Part shown: piece by piece, positions 9,039 through 18,787 of the stretch
How the letters are laid out: every line of letters starts with the position of its first letter
How positions within the stretch are numbered: the stretch's first letter is position 1
Assembly: GCA_016936575.1 (NCBI GenBank)
Contig: JAFGXQ010000045.1
Location: forward strand, 70,664 to 134,663
Reading direction: 5' to 3'
DNA from: Deltaproteobacteria bacterium
GTDB taxonomy: Bacteria; Myxococcota_A; Polyangia; JAAYKL01
Length of the DNA stretch: 64,000 bases
The notes under the pieces: generated by a model
The model's input: the letters and a program-made list of their open reading frames with translations, nothing else
The model's database searches: none
What the model was told of the DNA's origin: nothing
Translations under genes and position numbers: made by a program

Positions 9039-11987
9039 CTACTGCGAAATGCGTTCCATGGAGCCTACGGGGCCAAGTCCGTCGTTGCCGCCCACAATGT
9101 AGATATGCGAGTTCACGCGAACCGTTCCGTAATAGGATCGAGGAACCACAAAGCCGCCATTAGAGGACATGTAGTTGGTCAGAAATTCGGTACTCGCATC
9201 CGTAATCGGCTCTTCGGTCACGATCTCAAATCGTGTACTGAGAGAACCGAGGGGAGACGGTTCCATATCGACTCCGTCCCCATCAACGCCTTCCTGCTCT
9301 GAATCCACTCCTGGGAACGCGTACAAATACTGATCCACCACGACAGAGCCGCCGGCATAGGTAGTGCGACCATTCGACAAATCCGTATCCTGAACGGTCC
9401 ATTCCCCCAAAGCCGACATATTTACATCGAGAATCGCGGCTTCGATAGTCATCAACCCGCTATTGGGCGCAGGTGACGTGAATGATTCGTCTCCCGCCAC
9501 TGCGAATAGCAGTATCTGGGTGTCTGCCGCCGCCGGCAACGGATCGGGGTTCAGCGGACTGGTTCCCTGAGGCTGCGAAGACGATAGTCCCAAAAACGCC
9601 CGCGGCGTTTGCATTTCTTCAGTGATTGCAGTCGCGTCGCCGAGCGCGCCGTCCGCAAGAACCGAAATGAACTCCACACTGCCGAGATAGTTGTCTGTGC
9701 CGCCGTCTCCCCTCCCCCCTGCAATAATCATATAGCTGCCGGCGTCAGTGACCACAACGGTTCCCGCCGCGCCCTCTCGTGGGGTGGTCAGCGTTGCATC
9801 AAGTGTTTGCCAACGTGACAATGAACCAATTGGCAATGCAGCAACGCCATCGAGGGGAAAGCTCAGTTCATCAACTGCCAACGACCCATCGTCGGTCCAA
9901 CCGGTGTCGGCAACCCCCTCAGCGATCAGGAAGGTGTCTTCCGTCCCGACAATCGCTTCCGCTACCACATTGGTCCGATACACATTATACGTGGCTCCCG
10001 GCACCGGATCCCAAGTAAGCACCACGGTTCCCTGGGTTGCGTCAGTGGTCACCGACGTGCGATATCCAGCGATGGACTCCACTCCATTCACCACACTGGC
10101 GATACGGTACACCCAGATTCCGGCAGCCAGAGTGCCGCCATCAAAGACACTGGCGGAAACGAATCCGGGGGACGGAGCCGTTTCACCGGCATCCTGGTAG
10201 CAAATGAGATCGTCGGAGCCGCTCTCGACAGATGCAATCCAACGCGTGGTTCCCGGCCGCCCGTCTCCGGCGATAGAACGATATACATTGTAACTTGTCG
10301 CTTCCGGCAACCCGTCAAAACAAATTTCCACCGTTCCAGAGGTATTCAAAATCTGTACTTCATTGGAAGCCAACCCTTCTCCGAACGCACCAACGGCAGA
10401 AATCCTATAGTACCAGGTGCCATAAGGTAAATCTCCATCGCTTACCCGCGTCGGAGCAGAAACATCAACCATCGTATCGGATCCCAAAATCGTCGCTGTT
10501 TCAATGCTGTCCAATGCAACGTTATCGGCATCGAGGACGATGCTGGTATCCGTCGCGTTTCCCCCAAACGCATACAATCGATCTTTCAAACGCAGCAATA
10601 CGTGGCCGCTTCGAGGAGTATTCAATGCATTCTCCACTCGCGGTGTATCGGAATCCTGCCATTGCAGCAATGTTCGCCATTCCCCTACTTCGCCGTAAAT
10701 ATTCACCGCGGCGACTTCTGCGTTGCCAAGCACCTCATTGTCTGCATTGAGTCCACCGACAACATACATATGGGTACCGCTCCGCATGTCAAAACCGAAT
10801 GCGGTCCCGTGTCGCTCCCGTGCAGTCGCCAGCGTAGAATCCGGGGCATCGAAATTGCCTGTGAAATGACCGTCTGTGGGGCTCTTTGCTTCAAACGCAT
10901 AAAACGTATCGGATTGCCCATCGGGGTTCACCACTTTCACTGGATACAGCCCCAGCTCCACCGTGTCGGCGGGTATTGAAGTTACCAGCTCGGTGTCTGT
11001 GGCAGTGGTCACCTCCAGGGCGATTTCACCATCCGCGGTCAATAGAGAAACCGTCGCATCCACACTGAAGTACTGCCCCAATACCGTAAACGGTGTACAA
11101 TCTTCATTAAAAGGATGCTGCACAGGATCGATCGCTGAAATCTGGGGTGGAGATACATCCGTCACTTCAAATATGCCGGGTTCTTCGGTATCGGACACCA
11201 ACCATTGCCCGGCCAGCTCATCAGGATTACTTACCCACACATAATAAGCGCCGACCGAAATCTGCGCCGACTCGGATGGAATCGATGCAATGAGGGTGTT
11301 TTCATCGATGAAATTCACTTCAGACGCCAAATACGACACATCGGGGTTCTCCACACTGACCAACGTCACCCACGGGGTATTGACAAAATGTTCGCCGCTG
11401 ATCTGAATCGTTTTATCCGATAAGACATCATCATCCGTTGTGCCCACCCAGGCCAGTGCAGGCTCCACATTGGTTACTATCGGCGGCGGCAGTATTGAAA
11501 TGGAAAGCACCCCATCAAGCGTCGCAAAGGTACCGTCCGCCAACGTAACGGTCACATCATACAGTCCTTGAACTGCGGTCACTTCGGAACCGAAAAGTAC
11601 TGTTGCGGCTTCGCCCGTCTCTATCGATGCCGCACCCAGCGCCACAATCTGATCTCCGAGAGATATCGAAACGGTCATTCCCTCTTCAAATCCCGTACCC
11701 TGTATTGTTAACAACTGCTCCGTCCCCACGCTGATCGCACCCGGAAGAACACTGACCACCGTCAGTAACGCACTGGTATCGCCATTGATACTGTCTGAAT
11801 CCGTATCATCACTGCTATCGGTGCCTTCTGATTCCGTCGCCACTGAGGTGTCATTGATACTGGTATCGGGAGTGGTATCAGAACCGGTATCCCCATCATC
11901 TGATGATTTTTTATCATCTTCGGAGCATCCGAAAACCCACATCATCGAAACAATCAAGACCGCGATTTGTACACCTGATTTTATCAT
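9039..11987 (-). CDS. Large secreted lipoprotein with Kelch-type beta-propeller repeats and IPT/TIG-like Ig domains
   Basis: Kelch-like h-Y-V-x-GG motifs (HMYVVGGLNADN, YMIIAGGRGDGG, HIYIVGGNDG). IPT/TIG-like segments (LTIQGTGFEEGMTVSISLGD...). Acidic S/T/D tract after a lipobox (VFGCSEDD). Start moved to the internal Met (MIKSGVQIAVLIVSMMWVFGC); the ORF may start at 12095. Confidence 0.5.
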   Translation of the reverse strand: MIKSGVQIAVLIVSMMWVFGCSEDDKKSSDDGDTGSDTTPDTSINDTSVATESEGTDSSDDTDSDSINGDTSALLTVVSVLPGAISVGTEQLLTIQGTGFEEGMTVSISLGDQIVALGAASIETGEAATVLFGSEVTAVQGLYDVTVTLADGTFATLDGVLSISILPPPIVTNVEPALAWVGTTDDDVLSDKTIQISGEHFVNTPWVTLVSVENPDVSYLASEVNFIDENTLIASIPSESAQISVGAYYVWVSNPDELAGQWLVSDTEEPGIFEVTDVSPPQISAIDPVQHPFNEDCTPFTVLGQYFSVDATVSLLTADGEIALEVTTATDTELVTSIPADTVELGLYPVKVVNPDGQSDTFYAFEAKSPTDGHFTGNFDAPDSTLATARERHGTAFGFDMRSGTHMYVVGGLNADNEVLGNAEVAAVNIYGEVGEWRTLLQWQDSDTPRVENALNTPRSGHVLLRLKDRLYAFGGNATDTSIVLDADNVALDSIETATILGSDTMVDVSAPTRVSDGDLPYGTWYYRISAVGAFGEGLASNEVQILNTSGTVEICFDGLPEATSYNVYRSIAGDGRPGTTRWIASVESGSDDLICYQDAGETAPSPGFVSASVFDGGTLAAGIWVYRIASVVNGVESIAGYRTSVTTDATQGTVVLTWDPVPGATYNVYRTNVVAEAIVGTEDTFLIAEGVADTGWTDDGSLAVDELSFPLDGVAALPIGSLSRWQTLDATLTTPREGAAGTVVVTDAGSYMIIAGGRGDGGTDNYLGSVEFISVLADGALGDATAITEEMQTPRAFLGLSSSQPQGTSPLNPDPLPAAADTQILLFAVAGDESFTSPAPNSGLMTIEAAILDVNMSALGEWTVQDTDLSNGRTTYAGGSVVVDQYLYAFPGVDSEQEGVDGDGVDMEPSPLGSLSTRFEIVTEEPITDASTEFLTNYMSSNGGFVVPRSYYGTVRVNSHIYIVGGNDGLGPVGSMERISQ

Positions 11988-12174
11988 GAAAGTCACCTCC
12001 ATTGCATCTGTGCTGCACACTTGCAGCAACACCGTCAATACAGCCAGAACCGTGCCACTGACGCGGAGATGCGATATGCTCGATAGAATCATCATTTATT
12101 TTATTGAGACTGAATTTTTTCGACACAATTGTCGAGCCGCTCGATATTTTGGTCGAGCATCGGAATGATTGAAA

Positions 12175-13188
12175 CTATTCTGCGACAGTTACCGGCTGGC
12201 AGCAACCGCTCACGCAATAAAAGCCGGCATCACATGGAGATACATCTGAAACAGTGCACGGTTCAATTCCCGTCGGACATTGATCATCCGGCGTACCATC
12301 GGAATCGTCGCCGTCACCGTAACAGTCCGCAGGCAATTCCGGCTTACCAATGCATATTTCGCAATAGCCGCACTCGTTCAGGCAATTCGCTACGGGCGTG
12401 CATCTCGGGCATTTGCTTTCATCCAAAATATCGGCAAACGTGCACGTTCCAATATTGTCGGCGTCTTTCGCGCCAATCCAAACATAGGCATCGTCACCGT
12501 CGGTCCCCAACCCTTCGAGTTCCGGGAAGGTGCAACACCCGAAGCAGTCACAACCGTTCGGCGTGAACGGTACACAGACATCGGTGCACAATTGGGTTTG
12601 TTCATCCGGGCAAAACTGGGGATTTCCAATTAACGTTTCATTATATTCGCAAACAGCGCCTTCCGGCTCCAGGGGATCACATTCGTGACTCCACCAACAA
12701 TCATCGCTGCCGGTGCCCATGCCGTTTCCATAGTCAAAATAGCAGTCCACATGGCACGTTGATCCGGTTACGCCGCCCACATCCGAGATCAATGCAGGCC
12801 CTTCAGTATTGTCGCACGGCCCCAGGCATTCCGGATCGCGCCAATCGGTCATCCCGTCACTGTCATTATCTTTGCAATCGCCACATTCCAGCAGCCGTCC
12901 GTCACATTGGGTTTCGTAGCACACAAACTGCTTGCCATCGCCGTCCACCAGCAGCTCTCCCCCCTCACCCACCACTACCGTTGAATCCGTACCGTCCTGC
13001 CATCCTTCATCCGTCCCCTGAACCGACGTGTCGTCCTCATCCATACCTGTTCCGGTGGCAGAATCCTGGCGGTGGGTGGTGTCGGTGTCGAGCACTGCAT
13101 TCGCCGAACTGACGTCATCACCGCACCCTAAATTGCTTACAGCCCATACCCCGCACAAAAACAAGCACACTCGTCGTACAGTGAACAT
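12175..13188 (-). CDS. Cysteine-rich secreted lipoprotein with Asp-rich putative Ca-binding motifs
   Basis: Signal plus lipobox (AVSNLGCGDD), about 40 Cys in 337 aa, and DNDSDGMTD / DGDDSDGTPDD motifs resembling thrombospondin type-3-like Ca-binding loops. Confidence 0.5.
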   Translation of the reverse strand: MFTVRRVCLFLCGVWAVSNLGCGDDVSSANAVLDTDTTHRQDSATGTGMDEDDTSVQGTDEGWQDGTDSTVVVGEGGELLVDGDGKQFVCYETQCDGRLLECGDCKDNDSDGMTDWRDPECLGPCDNTEGPALISDVGGVTGSTCHVDCYFDYGNGMGTGSDDCWWSHECDPLEPEGAVCEYNETLIGNPQFCPDEQTQLCTDVCVPFTPNGCDCFGCCTFPELEGLGTDGDDAYVWIGAKDADNIGTCTFADILDESKCPRCTPVANCLNECGYCEICIGKPELPADCYGDGDDSDGTPDDQCPTGIEPCTVSDVSPCDAGFYCVSGCCQPVTVAE

Positions 13189-13415
13189 ACTGACCTCCTC
13201 TGTTTAATTTTGAACTCATTGACAAATTTGCAGCAAATCCGATGCCACAACGGTTTGCATAAAATTTTGAGTGCACGACAGCTGATTCGTCCAGACAGCA
13301 TCATACAATTCTTAATTACAAAAAAACACGGCACCGGTGAAAGGTCGACAAAAACGTCGAATTTCCATTGTGCTCTTCGACCATTTGGACGACAATTACA
13401 CTTGTTTTGCCGGTG

Positions 13416-13904
13416 TCAATGAGCATCTCCCAGATAGATATCATCGAACGTTTCGAATGCGCAAACCGCTTCGACGCTCCCATGCACAAATGTGACCTTG
13501 TCGGCAAATTTTGAGAAACTGGGCTCCACCAGTTCCAAAACATCGTAGTCAGGCTCCACCACCGTAATATGAACCACCCCGGGCTTGCGAAGCAAACGGT
13601 ACAAGAAGCCGCCCAGACCCACATTCGTCACCAGCACGTGGCCGCGAGCGCGTCGAATAAACGGCAAATGAAGGCGCAGTGTCACCGGGTCATTCGTGTC
13701 AATCTGCCGGCCGCCGCGATACAATGCCTGGTAAACATAGTCGCGGTCGTATCTGTCGCGCACCTCGCAAACGCCGCTCACCTCTTCGGGAATAACCACA
13801 ATACCGTGCGCATAGTCGCCGAAATGGGCACCGAACCTAGGGGCATCGGCGATAAATGGAACGGCTTCTTTTCCGATGATATTATTTTCCTGAGCATTGA
13901 ACAT
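13416..13904 (-). CDS. Short spermidine-synthase-like (class I SAM-fold) protein, possibly truncated
   Basis: HVLVTNVGLGGFLYRLLRKPGVVHITVVEPDYDV resembles the SpeE VLIIGGGDGG...V..VEID motif. The ORF ends shortly after FDDIYLGDAH (cf. FDVII-D-S-DP); about 120 aa expected in full-length SpeE are missing. Confidence 0.3.
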   Translation of the reverse strand: MFNAQENNIIGKEAVPFIADAPRFGAHFGDYAHGIVVIPEEVSGVCEVRDRYDRDYVYQALYRGGRQIDTNDPVTLRLHLPFIRRARGHVLVTNVGLGGFLYRLLRKPGVVHITVVEPDYDVLELVEPSFSKFADKVTFVHGSVEAVCAFETFDDIYLGDAH

Positions 13905-14125
13905 GGGTCACCTCTCTGTTGTTTCCTGTTGTTTCCATCCCATTATCCCCCCTTGATAAGACATTTTTTGTCGCATACTACGCTACGACTCTTTTTTTCA
14001 GTTGAGCCGTTATCGGGTCTATGCGCCACATATCTAAAAAGACACACTTGTTCTGTTTTGCGACAACCTGCGCATCGGTCGAATATTGCGACACTTGTGC
14101 GCATTGAGAGAGGTACGGTACAAAG

Positions 14126-15478
14126 ATGAACTTACGATTTTTTCTTTCAATACATTGGCTGGGAGTCCTTCTTGTTGTCTGCGGTTGTTCCTCCGACAAC
14201 AACACCGATGACACCGGAGACACCACGCCCGACACCGCCGACTCGGAAACCGAATCCGATACAGAGCGGAGTACTGAAACCGCAGAACCAACCAGCGATG
14301 ATTCCACCGACACCGACACAACAATCACCGAAATCACGGTCCGCCGTATTGCCGAAGAAAATGAAACCGAAGAGGACGTGACCGCAGACTCCATTGTATG
14401 GTTCGCGGTAATGGACAACGATGAAACCCGCGCGATTCCCTGGACCCCAGACAGCGAATTGGCAATGCGCGTGTCAGTCCAAGGTGACCGGTACGGCATA
14501 GCCTATCAATGCGCCAACAACGCAGGACTGACCGCAATATACACAACCGTTCAGGAACTCACCCAGATCGATATGATTTGTCCGGTTTCTCGTGCAATGG
14601 CGGGATGCGATGCAGATGTAGAAATCGTATGGGACGGATTTGAAGGGAATGGTGCGCTGATCACCACGTGGGGACACGAATACATTGAACACCCTGAGAC
14701 ATCGGGCTATCTGGCCCCCAACAGCGACCGAAGTGAATTCTTCGTAGCCGATACCCAGGACGGCATCCCTATGCATCTGTACTCCAGACCGAGCAATGAC
14801 TTCAGTTGCTCCGATACTGTTGTGATTGACCTTGCGGCAGATGCGAACCTGTACACATCGCACCCGCTCTCTTACGGCGCGCTTTCCCATAATACCGAAC
14901 TGATACCTGATGAAACCCGACATGTTTACTGCACTTCAACCATGCCGGACGGCGCCTACGCGTACACGTGCAAGGTTCCCTCAAACAGCACTCAGTTTTC
15001 GGCAGCATCAGGAGCTGCAATAAATCAAATTGCTATCAGCGGCTGGTGGGATGACGGACACCGACGCTCATATATACAATTGGAAAATCCTCCACCCGCT
15101 GCGGTGGAATTGTTCCTGCTGACCCCCATCGAATTTACAGAAATACAACACGCCGGCAGGACACCGAGTACAGGCATCATCATTTCACAGGACCCTTACG
15201 CACTCGCGTATATCTATACATTGAGATATGAAGACGATGCAGAAATTCACATCATCGCGACGCGAAGCTGGGTCGATGACCAACTGCCGCTTCTCACCCC
15301 CGACTTGACCGGAACATCCGTATCACTCTCAACACTGGGTCAGCTCGAAGCTTCGCAACTCGTCGCCACTTGGAGCAACCTGGGAACCATGCGTGCCATC
15401 AATAAAGTCGCGGGGCATTTCCCCACTGAAAGCAATGGGGAATCTGCAGCAGAAATCACGGCAATTGAGTTTTATTAA
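14126..15478 (+). CDS. Lipoprotein with an acidic T/D/S-rich linker (hypothetical)
   Basis: Lipobox LLVVCGCSSD, then about 70 aa DNNTDDTGDTTPDTADSETESDTE..., then a 350-aa domain with no recognisable motif. Confidence 0.5.
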   Translation: MNLRFFLSIHWLGVLLVVCGCSSDNNTDDTGDTTPDTADSETESDTERSTETAEPTSDDSTDTDTTITEITVRRIAEENETEEDVTADSIVWFAVMDNDETRAIPWTPDSELAMRVSVQGDRYGIAYQCANNAGLTAIYTTVQELTQIDMICPVSRAMAGCDADVEIVWDGFEGNGALITTWGHEYIEHPETSGYLAPNSDRSEFFVADTQDGIPMHLYSRPSNDFSCSDTVVIDLAADANLYTSHPLSYGALSHNTELIPDETRHVYCTSTMPDGAYAYTCKVPSNSTQFSAASGAAINQIAISGWWDDGHRRSYIQLENPPPAAVELFLLTPIEFTEIQHAGRTPSTGIIISQDPYALAYIYTLRYEDDAEIHIIATRSWVDDQLPLLTPDLTGTSVSLSTLGQLEASQLVATWSNLGTMRAINKVAGHFPTESNGESAAEITAIEFY

Positions 15479-15511
15479 GATGCTACTTGCTATACAGAAC
15501 CCGGCTATGTT

Positions 15512-16108
15512 CTATGACGGGTCTTTGCATTGTTCAAGAATGTCTGACTTCAAACCGGGGCAACAGGTATTCGGACCGAAGTAGGAACGCCAGATTAAAT
15601 CAGCGAAGCCTTTGCCCTTGGTGATTTGTCCCATTCGCGCGCCGTTCTGCTTCAGAAGTGTTCCCTGACCGGGAATGTAAATAATCTCCACATAACTGCC
15701 CTTATTTAAATCCTTGGTGAAATACGACAAGAATACGTTAATTTTTTTCTGCAGCTCAGTGGTGTCTTTACCCTGCGGTAAATTTTTCGTGAACGTGTCT
15801 TTCAAGTTGTCAATCAACCGCTTTTTGGGAATGGTTCGCTTCATTGACAGGATCAACGCCTTTACCTCTGACTTGTAGATCACCGACCGCATGCTGCACT
15901 CGCCGCTCTCAGAGTAGGCGCTGAGGCTGTAAATATCCACGAATAGAAATTCGCGGATCGCCGTACCCAGCAATTTGAGAGATTTTCCGGCGACGGCTTT
16001 ATTTTTCGATACTGCTCCCACCGCTGGAGACGGCGGAAACACAGTAACCATAACCAACACTGCCAGCGCGACAATGTACCCTTTTCTTGTGCACCATATT
16101 GCTTTCAT
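15512..16108 (-). CDS. Chalcone-isomerase-like fold protein (bacterial CHI-like/fatty-acid-binding type), secreted
   Basis: Signal peptide. LKLLGTAIREFLFVDIYSLSAY resembles the conserved core of bacterial chalcone-isomerase-like (Chalcone_3) proteins. Start placed at the internal MKAIWC. Confidence 0.35.
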   Translation of the reverse strand: MKAIWCTRKGYIVALAVLVMVTVFPPSPAVGAVSKNKAVAGKSLKLLGTAIREFLFVDIYSLSAYSESGECSMRSVIYKSEVKALILSMKRTIPKKRLIDNLKDTFTKNLPQGKDTTELQKKINVFLSYFTKDLNKGSYVEIIYIPGQGTLLKQNGARMGQITKGKGFADLIWRSYFGPNTCCPGLKSDILEQCKDPS

Positions 16109-16141
16109 GCGGGTTCCTTTATCGTTCAGCAAATCCGCGAC

Positions 16142-17308
16142 CTAATCTTCGCAGATTTTCAGTTGAGAAATAAACCACGGCGCGGGGATAGAACAGTCAC
16201 CGCACATCAATGCCACAATCCAAATCCCTTCGTCGGTAATACCGGTGAACGCGTTGCCGTTGTCATCTGTTAATTCAGAAAGGGTCGCATAGGTACCCGC
16301 ATCGATGGTTTTTCGCCAGATTTCATCTGCCATGTTTTCGAGATTCAGAAAATCGGATTCCAGTGCCGAAATCGTCGTATCGGTGTAGTGTGCAACCATA
16401 ATCCCGGCAATCATCGTGGGTGCGAACTCGCGCCCCATCGCGTTGTTCGTCATGCTGCCGGTCCAATCCAAATACACATCGGCGGTGCCGGGCGGCAAAA
16501 TAATCGGCTCCAGGGAACTGAGATCAGCTTCATAATCCAGTTGCACCGAATCATTGTGAATGGTTACCGTTGAATTGTTCGCATCTTCGCGCACATTGAA
16601 CAACGCGAGCATACGCGCATTTTGACCGAGAATGATGCCCGAAGAAAGCATCACCGAATACGAAAAATCTTCAGGTGGAACATTGACAGGATCCAGCAGA
16701 CTCAGCATGGAGGCTTCATCGAGCGCGGATCCCCCGGGAGAAACCAAATCCAGATAATTGAATGTCGTTGTGCTCTGTTCAGTAAAATACACAGCCGGCG
16801 GATTCGCCAAATCCTGCATTGTCCAATCATCACTATTCAACTTTTCAACCAACTCCTCTTCGTTTGCGGACCAAATGGTCACCAGTGCCATCTGTATATC
16901 GCCCTCGCCATCAAGCGGCTGCCCCAGCATGTCCTGAGTCAGATCATCCCATTGGAACGTAATATCGGTGGAGGGAGTTACCGACGTGGCTTCAATTGTC
17001 ATTTCATTGGTGAACGTGTAATTCTGTGCATCCACCAGTGCATACGACACCACGCCATCTGTGACAGGCACAACATCGCACGAAGGTGGCGGTTCGTCTG
17101 CGTCTGTATCGCTGTCGCTGTCACTGTCTCCGTCGCTATCGACATCCGAGTCGCTGTCAGTATCACCGTCACCATCGGTATCTGTATCGCTGTCACTGTC
17201 ACCATCTGTGCCGCTCTGCTCAGTGTCTGAATTACCGCCGCACGACAACATCGCACCAACGCAGAATATCAACACAAAAACAAACAACCATATTACTGTT
17301 TTCGACAT
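16142..17308 (-). CDS. Lipoprotein with a (D-S/T-D-G)n linker (hypothetical)
   Basis: Lipobox AMLSCGGNSD, then [41 protein letters not shown], then a 300-aa domain. Confidence 0.5.
   Translation of the reverse strand: MSKTVIWLFVFVLIFCVGAMLSCGGNSDTEQSGTDGDSDSDTDTDGDGDTDSDSDVDSDGDSDSDSDTDADEPPPSCDVVPVTDGVVSYALVDAQNYTFTNEMTIEATSVTPSTDITFQWDDLTQDMLGQPLDGEGDIQMALVTIWSANEEELVEKLNSDDWTMQDLANPPAVYFTEQSTTTFNYLDLVSPGGSALDEASMLSLLDPVNVPPEDFSYSVMLSSGIILGQNARMLALFNVREDANNSTVTIHNDSVQLDYEADLSSLEPIILPPGTADVYLDWTGSMTNNAMGREFAPTMIAGIMVAHYTDTTISALESDFLNLENMADEIWRKTIDAGTYATLSELTDDNGNAFTGITDEGIWIVALMCGDCSIPAPWFISQLKICED
17095..17215. repeat. In-frame tandem repeat encoding a (D-S/T-D-G)n linker (minus-strand gene)
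   Basis: Periodic gtcgctgtc / gtatcgctgtcactgtc units inside 16142..17308. Confidence 0.65.
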
Positions 17309-17347
17309 TTTCGTCTCCTTTATCGAAGCGCGCAGAGCGCTGCTTGA

Positions 17348-18766
17348 CTACTGCTCCAGATCCACTGGATGGCCATATAATGTAGGCCGCCAAACCACAT
17401 ATCCGAACGCGGCTTGGCCCAAATCAATTGAACGCACAAGCTGTTCGTCAGCAGCCACCTCGTGCATCAATGCTTTATTACTATACGAAACAAGTGTGTT
17501 GCCATTCGGCAAACGCTGCACATCCCCCAAGGTAGGCGTTCCGAGACCTTCCACACGATACCGCCATATCTCCCGCAACCCGCCGGTATCGCTTGAAAAC
17601 TCGTATTCCAGTGCCTCACTGGTCAGTGTCACATCTGAAAATGAACCACCATTATTGAAAATGAGAATACTGTTGTTGAGCAAATGGTGACCATGCTGAT
17701 ATTTCCACAACCCGTCATTCTGCGTCACCCACGCAACGTCTCCACTTTTATCGAATGCGACAATTTCGCCGTGCTCGTAGTCAGATACCGTAAATAACTG
17801 TTCGGCCATGGAGTAGCGTAACGCATTGCCGTGACACCCGGTTCCCCACGTATCGGCGGTATCGTATATCAAACCGATGTTGCCGTTGGTATCCAACGAC
17901 ATCACACGCGCGCAAACCGCTGAGTTTCCAAATCCGCCTTCCGGAGTGTATTCCAACCAGGCGAACGTGTTGTCATCTACAGGGGTCAAGTCATGCGCGG
18001 CACCCGTCAGCGACGTGAACTGTTTTACTTCCTGGCCATCCATTGACACCAGTTCCACAGCACCGGCGTTTCCCTGATTATTACTCGATACTACCGCCAT
18101 CCATTTGCCGTCGTAGCTCATTCGAGCCCTGGTGCTGTCGCTAAGCGCTGTTGCAGCGTACCACCAAACGATATCGCCGTCGTTGTCTATAATGAATGCC
18201 ATAGGGTTCTGCGAAAAAGAGGCCGCAGTATACGACGCCAAAACGAAAAATCCGGGGGCGACCGACGCTGATTGCGCTACAATGATATCGGCTCGCTGAA
18301 TCACGTTCGTTACCGGTTCAGTCGTGATCACCACATCATGACTGCGATACGTTGTTCCATCAATTACCGCATTCACGCGAACATGGTAGTCAGAAGACCC
18401 CTTCATACCCAGAAGCAATGTTCTGAAATATTCCGCGGTTAACTCCACTGGTGCGGTCATTCCATACTCGCTATCCAACCCGAAGTCGATGGTCGCCGCA
18501 TCGATTTCGTTATCAACATTCGTTGACCATTCCACAATGCCCACTGTTCCGATGGCGTCACTGAGGTTCACAGACACCTCAAACGTGATGTCTCTATCTC
18601 CCGCATCAGTATTGGCATCCGTATTGTCAACTTCAGTTCCGCGGTCGCTATCGTCGGAATCGTCCGAGCGCATACCATCGCCGGCAGCTCTTTCACTGGA
18701 GCAGCTCATCCAGAATACTGCTCCACAAAGTATCGCTAGAAATGTTATGGTTATAGACGCGCGCAT
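17348..18766 (-). CDS. Arylsulfotransferase (ASST)-like beta-propeller lipoprotein with an N-terminal Ig/FN3-like domain
   Basis: Lipobox WMSCSSE and an acidic linker. Propeller region with QHGHHLLNNSILIFNNG and RLPNGNTLVSYS motifs (HH...NGN pattern of the ASST/Arylsulfotran_2 type). Paralog of the adjacent gene. Confidence 0.45.
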   Translation of the reverse strand: MRASITITFLAILCGAVFWMSCSSERAAGDGMRSDDSDDSDRGTEVDNTDANTDAGDRDITFEVSVNLSDAIGTVGIVEWSTNVDNEIDAATIDFGLDSEYGMTAPVELTAEYFRTLLLGMKGSSDYHVRVNAVIDGTTYRSHDVVITTEPVTNVIQRADIIVAQSASVAPGFFVLASYTAASFSQNPMAFIIDNDGDIVWWYAATALSDSTRARMSYDGKWMAVVSSNNQGNAGAVELVSMDGQEVKQFTSLTGAAHDLTPVDDNTFAWLEYTPEGGFGNSAVCARVMSLDTNGNIGLIYDTADTWGTGCHGNALRYSMAEQLFTVSDYEHGEIVAFDKSGDVAWVTQNDGLWKYQHGHHLLNNSILIFNNGGSFSDVTLTSEALEYEFSSDTGGLREIWRYRVEGLGTPTLGDVQRLPNGNTLVSYSNKALMHEVAADEQLVRSIDLGQAAFGYVVWRPTLYGHPVDLEQ

Positions 18767-18787
18767 TTAAAATTCGTTTTGCCTCTA

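Noticed and set aside
9105-11423. Several 60 to 150-aa plus-strand ORFs inside 9039..12095
   Set aside because: They are internal antisense ORFs within the long Kelch/IPT gene, none with motifs. The minus-strand frame carries continuous domain signatures.
13978-14499. 173-aa minus-strand ORF overlapping the start of 14126..15478
   Set aside because: It is antisense to the acidic-linker coding region (S/V-rich artefact). The plus-strand gene has a clear signal peptide and lipobox.
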